In this document: in pieces, positions 17,743 to 27,448 of the stretch
Numbering within the stretch: the first letter of the stretch is position 1
How the letters are laid out: every line of letters begins with the position of its first letter
Source: Calditrichaceae bacterium
Lineage (GTDB): Bacteria; Calditrichota; Calditrichia; Calditrichales; JBFXGD01
Assembly: GCA_050178385.1 (NCBI GenBank)
Contig: JBFXGD010000031.1
Span: 1 to 28,285, forward strand
Reading direction: 5' to 3'
Length of the DNA: 28,285 bases
The notes under the pieces: generated by a model
What the model saw: only the letters and a program-made list of their open reading frames with translations
Databases searched by the model: none
Told to the model about the DNA's origin: nothing
Translations under genes and position numbers: made by a program

Positions 17743-18744
17743 TTAAACCGCCAGCCTCCGCGCGCGCATTTTGAAAAACCTGGTAATCGGCTTTATATAT
17801 GATCGATCGGTCAATATATTAATGTGATCCACACCGATAGATCTGAAAAGATTAGTGAGTGTTTCCTGTTGCCGGAGCGATTGATTATAAAAACCGGTAC
17901 GAATCATCGCGCTGCCTGTATCAACCAGTACTGCTTCTCCCGTCTCAGAGTCTTCTAGTTCAATCATCCCCACATTCGGCAGGGTCACTTCTCTTGGATC
18001 CATAATACTGATTGCAATCATATCGTGCTTCTTGTTGGCGACCTGTAAAGATTTTTCAAAATTTTCGGTAAGGAAATCAGACAACAGGAACACGGTACTC
18101 CTGCGTTTTATCACCCTGCTAAGATATTCCAGGGCCACATTCAGGTCGGTACTTGCATCCTGATGCTTATAAAACAGTATTTCCCTGATGACCCGCAGAA
18201 CATGTTTTTTGCCTTTTCTTGGGGGTATAAATTTTTCAATTTTATCCGAAAATATAATCAATCCGACTTTGTCATTGTTCTTAATCGCGGAGAACGCAAG
18301 AACCGCGGACAGTTCAGCCGCTACTTCGCGCTTCAGCCTTTCAGCCGTGCCAAAATTGCCGCTCGAGCTGACGTCCACAAGGAGCATAACCGTCAATTCA
18401 CGTTCTTCTTCAAAAACTTTAACAAACGGATGTCCCATGCGCGCCGATACGTTCCAGTCAATAGTCCGCACATCATCGCCGGGCTGATATTCGCGAACCT
18501 CGGCAAATTCCATTCCCCTGCCTTTAAAAACAGAATGGTATTCACCCGAGAATACTTCATTGACAACATTTCTTGTTGAAATTTCGATTTGCTGTACTTT
18601 TTTAAATAATTCTCGTGTGATGGCGGATCCATCTTTTACCGAAGTTCGGACCGGCATTGTCCTGTTTACATTCCTTGTATAAATAAAGTATCCAATGACT
18701 GCCAGGAATAAAACAAAAATTCCGCTGCTGATAATATATATCAT
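17743..18744 (-). CDS. DUF58 family protein (vWA-like MoxR partner) with N-terminal hydrophobic extension
   Basis: GEYHSVFKGRGMEFAEVREYQPGDDVRTIDWNVSAR, FEEERELTVMLLVDVSSS, LLSDF. Confidence 0.92.
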   Translation of the reverse strand: MIYIISSGIFVLFLAVIGYFIYTRNVNRTMPVRTSVKDGSAITRELFKKVQQIEISTRNVVNEVFSGEYHSVFKGRGMEFAEVREYQPGDDVRTIDWNVSARMGHPFVKVFEEERELTVMLLVDVSSSGNFGTAERLKREVAAELSAVLAFSAIKNNDKVGLIIFSDKIEKFIPPRKGKKHVLRVIREILFYKHQDASTDLNVALEYLSRVIKRRSTVFLLSDFLTENFEKSLQVANKKHDMIAISIMDPREVTLPNVGMIELEDSETGEAVLVDTGSAMIRTGFYNQSLRQQETLTNLFRSIGVDHINILTDRSYIKPITRFFKMRARRLAV

Positions 18745-18793
18745 AATTCTTTTATCAATTTTATAGTTTGTTTTAGTTTTTGTGAATCACTTT

Positions 18794-19783
18794 TTATGGT
18801 ACTTCAACCCTGTTCAGAACTTTTCTTATAACGTCTTCGGTTGTCATATTCTCCGCTTCCGCTTCATAAGATAATATGACACGATGCCGCATTACATCCA
18901 TTCCTATAGACCGGACGTCTTCCGGAGTCACATATCCTCTCCGGCGGAGAAACGCGTGGGCTTTCGCCGCAAGCGTCAAATATATCGAGGCTCTGGGACT
19001 CGCTCCAAATGTGATCAGATCTTTTAGCTCATCAAGTCCGTACTGTCCCGGCTCACGGGTGGCGAATACGATATCAACAATATACTTTTCGATTTTTTCA
19101 TCTACATACACTTCACGCACCACATTGCGCGCGTTGATGATATCCTGTGGTGTGACGACCGGTTCAACTTCATTCTGCTGAAATTTTGTCTGTCTGCGGA
19201 TAATTTCAAGCTCTTCATCTTTTGAGGGATACCCCACGCTTATTTTAAGCATAAAACGGTCAACCTGCGCTTCCGGAAGCGGATAAGTTCCCTCCTGCTC
19301 GATCGGATTCTGTGTCGCGAGAACAAGGAATGGATCTTCCAGCTTGAATGTATTTTCACCTATAGTCACCTGACGTTCCTGCATTGCTTCGAGCAAAGCG
19401 CTTTGAACTTTGGCCGGAGACCGGTTAATCTCGTCCGCTAGAATTAAGTTACTGAAGATCGGACCCTTCTTGGTGGTGAATACTCCGTCTTTCTGATTGT
19501 AAATCAGCGTTCCCAAAAGATCCGCAGGCAGCAGATCGGGGGTGAATTGGATTCTCTGAAATTTTGTGCGGATTGTGTTTGATAATGTTTTAACCGTCAA
19601 TGTCTTTGCAAGTCCCGGAACACCTTCGAGCAGTATATGCCCGTTCGATAAGATTCCGATAAGTAACCTCTCGATCATATAGTCCTGACCGACAATTACT
19701 TTTGAAACTTCATCTATAATTTTCTGAACAAAAGAACTTTCGTTTTCTATTTTTTCATTGATCGCTTTAATATCAGGATTCAT
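18794..19783 (-). CDS. moxR: MoxR family AAA+ ATPase (MoxR-proper subfamily)
   Basis: Walker A EGVPGLAKT, RIQFTPDLLPAD, Walker B ILADEINR, ATQNPIEQEGTYPLPEAQVDRF, GASPRA. SD GAGGAGG. Confidence 0.95.
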   Translation of the reverse strand: MNPDIKAINEKIENESSFVQKIIDEVSKVIVGQDYMIERLLIGILSNGHILLEGVPGLAKTLTVKTLSNTIRTKFQRIQFTPDLLPADLLGTLIYNQKDGVFTTKKGPIFSNLILADEINRSPAKVQSALLEAMQERQVTIGENTFKLEDPFLVLATQNPIEQEGTYPLPEAQVDRFMLKISVGYPSKDEELEIIRRQTKFQQNEVEPVVTPQDIINARNVVREVYVDEKIEKYIVDIVFATREPGQYGLDELKDLITFGASPRASIYLTLAAKAHAFLRRRGYVTPEDVRSIGMDVMRHRVILSYEAEAENMTTEDVIRKVLNRVEVP

Positions 19784-19882
19784 CTTGCCTCCTCGGTACT
19801 TGAATCTATCATATTTGATTTCCCCATATTAATAAGGAGAGTATGTTTATTCTAATTAAAACCGGCCGTTTGATTTACGCTT

Positions 19883-20821
19883 TCATTTTACATTACTCAG
19901 ACCGGATATATTTTCAAAGCGACTTAAGGCCATTTCAACTGTATCATAAAACAGATGGAATTCGTTTGCTGAAATATCCTCTCCGGCAAATTTTGTTAAC
20001 TCCGCCCGGTCATATAATTGTTTCAACTTATTGATTATTTCAGGGTTTAAATTTTCGCTTTTGAATTTTTCATTAATAAATTCAGAAGAGAATCCGCCCG
20101 TAAGCTTATATTTTTCAGAAACGTAACTATTGAATATTTTTGTCAGTAAATTCAGACTTTCAGTGGGTGGCTTTCCCGAAGAGGAAATCGTTTCCTTAAG
20201 AATCTGCAGATATTTCTGTTCAATTGATACCGGTTCTGCTTCCGGAATTCGCTGATTCAATTTTCGTTTTCTGAAATATTTGAGGACATAGAAGACGACG
20301 GCAAATGAAAAAGCTAAAATAAACATCCAGACAATCACCATTTCAAGTATTGGACCATTGTTTTTATCAGGAATGGGATTAATTATTTTAGCTTCAAGAC
20401 GGCGGGCGCTAAGCGTTTCCTGCTGCCCTGTCAGCGTGTCTTCGTACCTGATTGTCACACCATCAACATAGGCCATTCCTAACTCTACCGGTGTAAAATA
20501 GTAGGTGATTCTTTTAACGGAATGCGGATTTCCTTTATCATCTGTAAAGAAGCGATTTGATGATCCGCTGCCTCTCAGCTTCAAATTCGCGGCAGCCGGG
20601 TCACCTGCGTCTATTATTTTATAGCGGCTTAATTCCCCTGACCATGACATATCAACCACATATACGACTTCCCTGTTCAGAGCTACCTGCTCCTGATCCA
20701 TAAAAGTGCGGAGCTCGACAAAGGATTGTAAGCTGTCAGATTCTGACGCAGCGGCAGGGTTCGGTTCAATTGCAAATATTAACAATAATATAGCGCTAAG
20801 ATTAAATAATACTTTTCTCAT
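19883..20821 (-). CDS. Second BatD-like single-pass membrane protein
   Basis: Signal peptide, Ig-like region (MDQEQVALN...YYFTPVELG), TM then RKRK, PEAEP, Y..EKY.L, ELTKFAG. Same architecture as 15729..16772. Confidence 0.7.
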   Translation of the reverse strand: MRKVLFNLSAILLLIFAIEPNPAAASESDSLQSFVELRTFMDQEQVALNREVVYVVDMSWSGELSRYKIIDAGDPAAANLKLRGSGSSNRFFTDDKGNPHSVKRITYYFTPVELGMAYVDGVTIRYEDTLTGQQETLSARRLEAKIINPIPDKNNGPILEMVIVWMFILAFSFAVVFYVLKYFRKRKLNQRIPEAEPVSIEQKYLQILKETISSSGKPPTESLNLLTKIFNSYVSEKYKLTGGFSSEFINEKFKSENLNPEIINKLKQLYDRAELTKFAGEDISANEFHLFYDTVEMALSRFENISGLSNVK

Positions 20822-20862
20822 TTCCCTTACTCAGATTAATATTTGTCCAACAAAAGAGATAT

Positions 20863-20888
20863 TACTAATGGCAAATAAAAAAGTTTCA
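20863..20888 (-). promoter_or_regulatory. Possible ECF-sigma promoter of the Bat operon
   Basis: Minus strand TGAAAC-N16-AGTA versus Bacillus SigW-type TGAAAC-N16-CGTA; lies between the upstream terminator and the ATG at 20821. Confidence 0.3.
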
Positions 20889-20901
20889 TCCAAAACAAAT
20901 G

Positions 20902-20935
20902 AAAAAACAAAGCCGATATGAAATCAGCTTTGTTT
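20902..20935 (-). terminator. Intrinsic terminator after the TPR lipoprotein gene
   Basis: Minus strand AAACAAAGCTGAT-ttcat-ATCGGCTTTGTTT then TTT: a 13-bp stem with one G-U pair, 11 nt after the stop at 20947. Confidence 0.75.
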
Positions 20936-20946
20936 ATGTGAAAAAT

Positions 20947-21339
20947 TTATTGGCCGGTTGTATCGGTGTCTAAATTTTGAAACATGGGAAGATTGTTTAT
21001 ATCTTTTCCCAGCATATCAAGCTCATACCGGGCATCATCCGCAAGATCATGCTCCGGGAATTTTTTAATAAATTCATTATAATATTTTTCGGCATCCTTA
21101 AAATTCTCAAGGTTGTTCGCGTTTATAAAGCCCAACATAAACAAGGATTCAGCATATTTTTTTCCGGTCGGATAATTTTCGACCAGTTTTTTAAAATTTT
21201 CCGCTGCGCCGGAGAAATCTTCTTTTGCGTAGGCATCCGTGGCAGATTTGTAATATTCCTCCTCTGGTTTTATGGAAGAGCAGGAAAATGTGATTCCCGT
21301 AATTAAAAGCAGAACCGCTGTAAGCTTCATCAATTTCAT
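20947..21339 (-). CDS. Small TPR lipoprotein (BamD/YbgF-like TPR fold)
   Basis: SD AAGGAG then ATG at 21339 (the track's TTG start at 21366 is less likely), lipobox TFS-C, FKKLVENYP..AESLFMLG..FIKKFP.H.LADDA. Confidence 0.8.
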   Translation of the reverse strand: MKLMKLTAVLLLITGITFSCSSIKPEEEYYKSATDAYAKEDFSGAAENFKKLVENYPTGKKYAESLFMLGFINANNLENFKDAEKYYNEFIKKFPEHDLADDARYELDMLGKDINNLPMFQNLDTDTTGQ

Positions 21340-21468
21340 TGAAAAATCTCCTTGATAAATCCCCAAATCAGCTTATTATGAAATTATAATAAATTATTAA
21401 TTTAATATGATGTGATTTTCAAAGCAACAATTTCGCATTTGAACCCAACATCCACCGATCACAAAAGA

Positions 21469-23358
21469 TCAAAACGCGAAATAGAATCCAAGATGAATCG
21501 AATAGGATGCGCTATCCTGTTCATCTCTCATCAATTTATATCCATAGTCCAGCCTGACCGGGCCAAGAGGCGTCATTAAAGCCAGACCGGCGCCGATAGA
21601 TGCCTTTATATCCGCAGGTCTAAAATCGCCGATCTCTCTCCATACATACCCCGCATCAATAAAATTCTCCAATACAAAAAGCCAGAATAATGGAATTCTT
21701 AACTCCGCGTTAGATAAATACAGCATTTTTCCCCCCGCGGCTTCTTCAATTTTGCCATCTGCGTCTAGTGTGGAGGCCGGCCCAAGCAACTGTTCCGGAT
21801 ATCCCCGGACTGTGTTGGCCCCACCGGCATAAAACCGGTCACTGATCGGAATCTCCTCTGTTTTGCCTATCTCAACTATTCCACCCACTTTTAAGCGTGT
21901 GGCAATTGTAAAGTTCCGTCTCCAATCAAATATTTTGACTTTTATCGGCTGATAACGCTGCCAGGAACTTATGACGGTGAAGTATTGATTAATTTCCCTG
22001 TTATTATTGCTATCCCTGCCAAAACTGTTTGAAAAACTGACGCTAAGATCGGTAAGTGAACTATTTACCGGATTAAATATGTTTTTGCGCGTATCTTTAG
22101 CGCCATAGAGCCGAACGGTATAAATTTGATTCTGATCCTGACTAATCCCTGTTAGAATAGTAGTATCAATTTCAGACTTGCTTAAAATATCCAGAAATTT
22201 TGCCTCAATTGCTCCTGACAATTCAATCTTATTCGGATATTTGTGCATAACACCGAATGAAGTTTTTAGGAGATTAAAATCTCCGCTGTTGGATGGCCGG
22301 TACTGGTGATATGAAACCTGAAAAATTCCCGGTGTCCTGGTATATCCTATCCATGGTTCTACAAACATAAAAGAAATCTTATTTTCCGGATTCAAAATCT
22401 TGTGATCTTTTGTTTCATATAAAAAAGATGGAGTCACATGAAGACTTACGTTTCGGGCAGTTCCGAACAGGTTTCTGTGCCCGCCCTGTACTGTAAATTC
22501 AAGCTTGCTCCCGTAGTAGTCCTCCTGCTCATTGGCGACACCAAGATGTATTCCAAACCATCTCGGATCTTTTTCCTGCACATATATTTTTAGATTGACA
22601 CTACCGGGTTCTGCCGCGATCGGCTCAATTTCGAACCTGACGTACTTGAACAAACCGGTTCCGTAAATATTTTGTTGTGATAGTTCCATCTTTTCACGAT
22701 TATACAATTCGCCTTTTTTTATCTCCAGCTCTCTGCGAATTAGAAATTTTTGAACTAATTTTGTCCCCGTGTACTGAATATCCTTTATATAAACCGTCTG
22801 ATTTTCCTGAATTGTGAAAAGAGAGATTACCAGCGAATCCTGCTCAAATACATAGTCATTGGTGATCTTGACAAACGGCTTGCCCGAATTATAATAAACA
22901 TTTTCCACACGTTGCTTGGCCTCATTTATCAGGCCTTCATCAAATTGGGATAATAAAGGGATATTTTTGAATTGATTTATTAGTTTTTCTTCAGGTATCT
23001 CGCTGACGCCATCAAATCGCACCCCGCCGTAATAGTAACGCTGCCCTTCATTTATCAGATAATGGAGCTCGACTTTTTCTTTCTTTTTTGAATAAATAAG
23101 ACTGTCTTCCACCTCAACGGTGAGAAAACCTTTCTTCCGGTAAAAATTATTCAGTAAAATTTTATCCAGTTTGATCATCCTTGGTTCAAACGTATCCTTT
23201 TTTTTGGAATTGATGATCTCTGTGAGTTCTTTTGCCGTAAAATATTTATTATGACTGAAGGTGATTTTGCTGATCTCGCTTGCGGCAAATAAATGCGAAT
23301 ACAGCATGAAGCTGAAAATAAAACAGAAGGTCAGTCTGATAAATATTTTTGATTTCAT
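21469..23358 (-). CDS. Omp85 family outer-membrane insertase, TamA-like (about 3 POTRA domains + barrel)
   Basis: Signal peptide, POTRA motifs (FYRKKGF..V, INEGQRY, YYNSGKPF, IYGTGLF), HRNLFG, FYAGGANTVRGY, TPLGPVRLDYG, terminal Phe. At 629 aa it is shorter than a 5-POTRA BamA. Confidence 0.88.
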   Translation of the reverse strand: MKSKIFIRLTFCFIFSFMLYSHLFAASEISKITFSHNKYFTAKELTEIINSKKKDTFEPRMIKLDKILLNNFYRKKGFLTVEVEDSLIYSKKKEKVELHYLINEGQRYYYGGVRFDGVSEIPEEKLINQFKNIPLLSQFDEGLINEAKQRVENVYYNSGKPFVKITNDYVFEQDSLVISLFTIQENQTVYIKDIQYTGTKLVQKFLIRRELEIKKGELYNREKMELSQQNIYGTGLFKYVRFEIEPIAAEPGSVNLKIYVQEKDPRWFGIHLGVANEQEDYYGSKLEFTVQGGHRNLFGTARNVSLHVTPSFLYETKDHKILNPENKISFMFVEPWIGYTRTPGIFQVSYHQYRPSNSGDFNLLKTSFGVMHKYPNKIELSGAIEAKFLDILSKSEIDTTILTGISQDQNQIYTVRLYGAKDTRKNIFNPVNSSLTDLSVSFSNSFGRDSNNNREINQYFTVISSWQRYQPIKVKIFDWRRNFTIATRLKVGGIVEIGKTEEIPISDRFYAGGANTVRGYPEQLLGPASTLDADGKIEEAAGGKMLYLSNAELRIPLFWLFVLENFIDAGYVWREIGDFRPADIKASIGAGLALMTPLGPVRLDYGYKLMRDEQDSASYSIHLGFYFAF

Positions 23359-23370
23359 TTTTCCCTGATT

Positions 23371-26300
23371 CTAAAATGTCACTTCCCAGGATAGACCGAT
23401 CTGAACTTTATTATTGCCCTGAATGGTTTTTTCGTAATAGCTGTCAAAGGACCAGTTTCGGTTTATCCGGTATTCCAGACCAAGCCTGTTCCCCGCGTCC
23501 CAGCTTAGTTTCGGCGCCGGAACGCTGTTACCGAACTGAGTACGGTATTCAATATATAAATCGCTGGTTAAGTACTTTCCAAGTGAAATAGACGCGTCCT
23601 TCAGACCGTTATTAAGTTTCATTTTCTGAAGATCCAGAAATTTAGAATCTGAATCAATCTCCACCTTATCGAGACCTGTGAATGTTTCGGTTCCCCGCTC
23701 CACTGCCGTAAGCATAGATGTGGTTGCCACTTCTTCCCCCACATTTCGGAAGGTTGAATCCGCATTGGATGAGAGCATATCCGTGTCGGCGCCAAGAGTC
23801 AGCAGTGTGATTTTATCCTGGGGAGTCATATGAAGTTCGTTACCATCCAGATCTTTTACAAGTATATCCTGGCGCATTTGTTCCAGGTTTCCCGTAATGT
23901 TGAGCTGGAAAATTTTACTGGCGATTTTTTTTTCAGCGACAATACTGATATCCGGATTAATTTTATTTGGATTAGTAAAATCGATGCTACCTGATTTGAC
24001 TCCGAAATTTTGGTTCAAAGAAGAGAATTTTCCGGACACAACTTCGAGATGACCATTTATTTTTGTCAGTTCTGCCGCTGGTTCCAATATGGTCTGAAGG
24101 TCTCCCAGGATGGTGATTTTAAAATTATTTGTTAAATCCAGCGGGCTGCTAGAAATAACAAAATTACCGGGTATCTGTACATCTAGATTGTAAGCGATGA
24201 ACGGTGGTTCCAGATCGAGAGCTGAAGGACTGGTCAGATAAATATTCCTCTGCATCTGACCCAGATCCACTTCATAAAAACCCTGAGGTATGTAAACATC
24301 ACCGGTGACCATAATAGTGTCCCTGCCGATAACTTTTATATTATCCGATGAAACTAAAAGCGATGTATTTTCTACAAAATAGTCAATGTAAAATTCTTGT
24401 GTTAGTACATCTATATTGAGACCGGGACGTAAAACATTTGAAAGATCGACAGTTCCCTTCGCTTCCAGATATCCTTCCCTAATCGTCTTTCCTCGAAGAA
24501 GCGCCGTCAATTTTCTTACATAATGCCAGCCTTTCTCCAGAAAATCTTTCTTCTTTACCGAATAACCGGAGAAATTATTTATTTTTAGCACAGAATCATC
24601 GATTTCCGCGTTAAAAGTAACATTCTTTATCGTATCCCTTACCCTTGAAAGCAGAATTTCACCATTGTTTAATCTGACAAACCCGCTGGTGACGCCTGGT
24701 TTTTCAAGTGTTCCTCCCATATATAATTCAAGCTCATAATTGCCTGTGATCGATTCAAGCTGTTCATTGAACAGACCGGGTAAACTGATTTCGTTATCCT
24801 TACTCTTTAGCAAAAGTTCAAATGGCTGATCGGCAATATCAAATTCCGGATGGGCCAGGTTCAGATTATATTTCTGCCAACCTTTTACATCAAATGATGT
24901 GTTATTAAGACTACCCTGAAGACTGTCCACAAGAATATATCCGCTGTTATACTGCGCGAACATTTTTAAGGAATCAACGATAAAATCTTTATATCTGAAA
25001 TTTACCAGCGAAAGATTCTGTTTCAGCACGGGATTTGAAACGCTTCCGCTCATTTCAAGACTGCCTGTTGTTATTCCGCTCAACGGGTATCTCAGCTTAA
25101 ACAATGATGAGTATCTATATAGTGATAAATTTGACCAGTCTATCTTTAAATGCGCTTCCGTATCCTCCAGAAATCTGAATCCTTTTTTGACGTTTTTCCC
25201 GAATACAAGCGCAAGATCCCCATCGATTATTAAGCTCGAATTTGCCTCCGTCACTTTAAATTCCCTAATAGAGATATTTTTATTTACATATTGGAATTGA
25301 CTTCGGATATCTCCCAGGCGGGTTTCATTATAGATCAGATCATCTACAGTCACCTTTATATCCATTATAGGATCGTGCAACGGGGTAATTAATTCTATCC
25401 AACCGTTTATCACCCCCCCAGCGCTGAATTTATTTTCCCAGAATTGTTGAAACGGTTCAATCGACATACTGTCAAGCACAACATAGATCTGCGCGTCCTC
25501 AATTGTATTATCCCAGAATCCGCTAATTTCCAAAGCGGATTTTTTCGGACCGTGCAATCTGAATCGCTCGATGCTCACACCGGATGAATCAATTATAAAT
25601 TCAATATTATCGTCGTTTGAAAGCCAGTATTTTTCATACTCGGCCTTAAAACTATCAAAAATGATTTCTGTGTATTTTTCATTAAAGGTTACATTAAACA
25701 CGGCGCTGATATAATTTTGCAGACTATTTATGCTTAGTTCCGGAATTTCCAGCCTGTTGCTGTCGATATCGACACTCATAAGAACATCAGTGACCGGAAC
25801 ATCTTCAATACTACCCGATTTAATTCGGAATGTGGCCTGACCATTGCGGCTTGATGCAATTCTGTTCGTATATAGATCAAGCGAAATACTGTCCAGGTGA
25901 ACGGTATCGTAATTTAGCTGTTTTATCCAGAATTTTCCAATAATATCAGGATCCATTAGCGGGCCTTTTGCCATAAATTCCGCATCAAACGCGGCATCGA
26001 GACTATCAATTATACTGAATTGACTCAGGAGAATTCCAAGCTGATTCTCATTCGTGGACAACTTTAAATCCATTTGGTTTTCGTGATCCAGGGTTCCGTA
26101 GAGATTGAAACGGGATGTTGGATTGAACTGCACATAGGAGGGCTGCATAATTTCTTTATCGCCTTTTGTAGCCTTTATGGCGAATCGTAATGAATCAAGA
26201 CTAATATTGCCAAGGCTGCTGTCAAATATGTAAAGACTCCCCTGTCCTGTAGGTTTTTTAAAATTCAAACCATCCAGCCTAAATTTTAAATTGCCGTTGA

Positions 26301-27429
26301 TTCGGCTTGGCTCATATTGCCGCGCAAACTGATGCAAATTTATATTATTAAATGTCAATAAACCGGCAATTCCTGTCGCCTGATTCAATATCCCATTAAA
26401 ATAAACATCCGCGTCATTCGCGTTTATTTTTAAATAGTCGACATTGATATCACCGTATTCATACTCACCCTTCAGAGCGGCATTCCTGACGATTAAATCG
26501 TTCCATCTGCCCTTTAAGGCAAGGTCCATTCCAAAATTCTGCGGAGAACCTATAAATAAAAACTTACCGCTCAGATTGCCGTCTTTGATCTTTTCATCCC
26601 CTGTCAGCAGATACAGATCATATAAATCCAGCTGAATTTCATCAAAGGAGAGAACAATATGCAGCGAGTCTTCAAGATAAATATCGGTGGTAAGAAAAAT
26701 TTTTGACCGTTCCGTGTATAACTGAAACTGATTGATTGTCACATGCCGCTCATCACCAATAATCTGAAAATGCAGATTGGACAGCGCAAAATCCTTATCC
26801 GGCCACTTACCGGACAATTTTGATACATTCAGCTTATATGAATCTTTATTTATGGAGAGATCAAACTTTAAATAAATATCATCAAACCCGAGCTTCGGAT
26901 TAACAACATCCACTTTGCCCGCGACAATTTCAAAATCATCCAGCTCAATCTCCGGAAGTGTTCGCAGCAGACTGTCCACATAAACCGCTTTCTGCAACTG
27001 CGCGAGCGTAGAATCAAGAACAAATTCCTTGCTCTCATCATCGATCTGCGAATTTACCCTGCCGGGCAGGTTGATCGTCAGACTGTCAAAAAATATGCGT
27101 GATAATTTTACACGATTTTTTAACAATGGCAGAAGGCTGTACTTAAGATCAACATGGTTGCTTCTGATGTGTATCTGGTCATTTAATTCGAATTCAAGGT
27201 TTTCAATAACGACATGATTGAGCAGATTGCCTTTTAAGGATATGTAATGAAACCTGCCTGTGTCTTTTAACTCATGATTAAGGTAAGAAGCAATGGCGTT
27301 GGCGACAACATTTGTCTGCCAATGAAGTAAAATGATTATCAGAGCCGATAATAAAATACCCGCGAAGATCCACTTCGTCAAAGAAAGAAACATTCTAAAC
27401 CGGCTTTTTTTTATTACTTCTTTTTTCAA
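23371..27429 (-). CDS. tamB: TamB-like (AsmA-like, DUF490) translocation/assembly module protein
   Basis: N-terminal TM anchor, 1352 aa beta-rich, repeated G...P motifs (SGSVSNP, GGTLEKP), C-terminal LGKYLTSDLYIEY...LEYRINRNW...WEVTF; adjacent to Omp85. Confidence 0.82.
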   Translation of the reverse strand: MKKEVIKKSRFRMFLSLTKWIFAGILLSALIIILLHWQTNVVANAIASYLNHELKDTGRFHYISLKGNLLNHVVIENLEFELNDQIHIRSNHVDLKYSLLPLLKNRVKLSRIFFDSLTINLPGRVNSQIDDESKEFVLDSTLAQLQKAVYVDSLLRTLPEIELDDFEIVAGKVDVVNPKLGFDDIYLKFDLSINKDSYKLNVSKLSGKWPDKDFALSNLHFQIIGDERHVTINQFQLYTERSKIFLTTDIYLEDSLHIVLSFDEIQLDLYDLYLLTGDEKIKDGNLSGKFLFIGSPQNFGMDLALKGRWNDLIVRNAALKGEYEYGDINVDYLKINANDADVYFNGILNQATGIAGLLTFNNINLHQFARQYEPSRINGNLKFRLDGLNFKKPTGQGSLYIFDSSLGNISLDSLRFAIKATKGDKEIMQPSYVQFNPTSRFNLYGTLDHENQMDLKLSTNENQLGILLSQFSIIDSLDAAFDAEFMAKGPLMDPDIIGKFWIKQLNYDTVHLDSISLDLYTNRIASSRNGQATFRIKSGSIEDVPVTDVLMSVDIDSNRLEIPELSINSLQNYISAVFNVTFNEKYTEIIFDSFKAEYEKYWLSNDDNIEFIIDSSGVSIERFRLHGPKKSALEISGFWDNTIEDAQIYVVLDSMSIEPFQQFWENKFSAGGVINGWIELITPLHDPIMDIKVTVDDLIYNETRLGDIRSQFQYVNKNISIREFKVTEANSSLIIDGDLALVFGKNVKKGFRFLEDTEAHLKIDWSNLSLYRYSSLFKLRYPLSGITTGSLEMSGSVSNPVLKQNLSLVNFRYKDFIVDSLKMFAQYNSGYILVDSLQGSLNNTSFDVKGWQKYNLNLAHPEFDIADQPFELLLKSKDNEISLPGLFNEQLESITGNYELELYMGGTLEKPGVTSGFVRLNNGEILLSRVRDTIKNVTFNAEIDDSVLKINNFSGYSVKKKDFLEKGWHYVRKLTALLRGKTIREGYLEAKGTVDLSNVLRPGLNIDVLTQEFYIDYFVENTSLLVSSDNIKVIGRDTIMVTGDVYIPQGFYEVDLGQMQRNIYLTSPSALDLEPPFIAYNLDVQIPGNFVISSSPLDLTNNFKITILGDLQTILEPAAELTKINGHLEVVSGKFSSLNQNFGVKSGSIDFTNPNKINPDISIVAEKKIASKIFQLNITGNLEQMRQDILVKDLDGNELHMTPQDKITLLTLGADTDMLSSNADSTFRNVGEEVATTSMLTAVERGTETFTGLDKVEIDSDSKFLDLQKMKLNNGLKDASISLGKYLTSDLYIEYRTQFGNSVPAPKLSWDAGNRLGLEYRINRNWSFDSYYEKTIQGNNKVQIGLSWEVTF

Positions 27430-27448
27430 TGTTTTCCCGCGCGAAATT

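Noticed and set aside
19834..20034. AAGGAG followed by ATG of a 63-aa + strand ORF (19843..20034)
   Set aside because: SD-ATG spacing is only 3 nt, the ORF is mostly antisense to a real gene and the peptide is featureless.
20891..20919. GCCGATAT on + strand resembling a sigma28 -10 box
   Set aside because: No TAAA at 15-nt spacing, no + strand gene downstream, and it is explained as a terminator stem arm.
21469..23358. Calling the Omp85 gene bamA or tamL
   Set aside because: Too short for five POTRA domains and no lipobox at the signal cleavage site, so it is left as TamA-like without a symbol.
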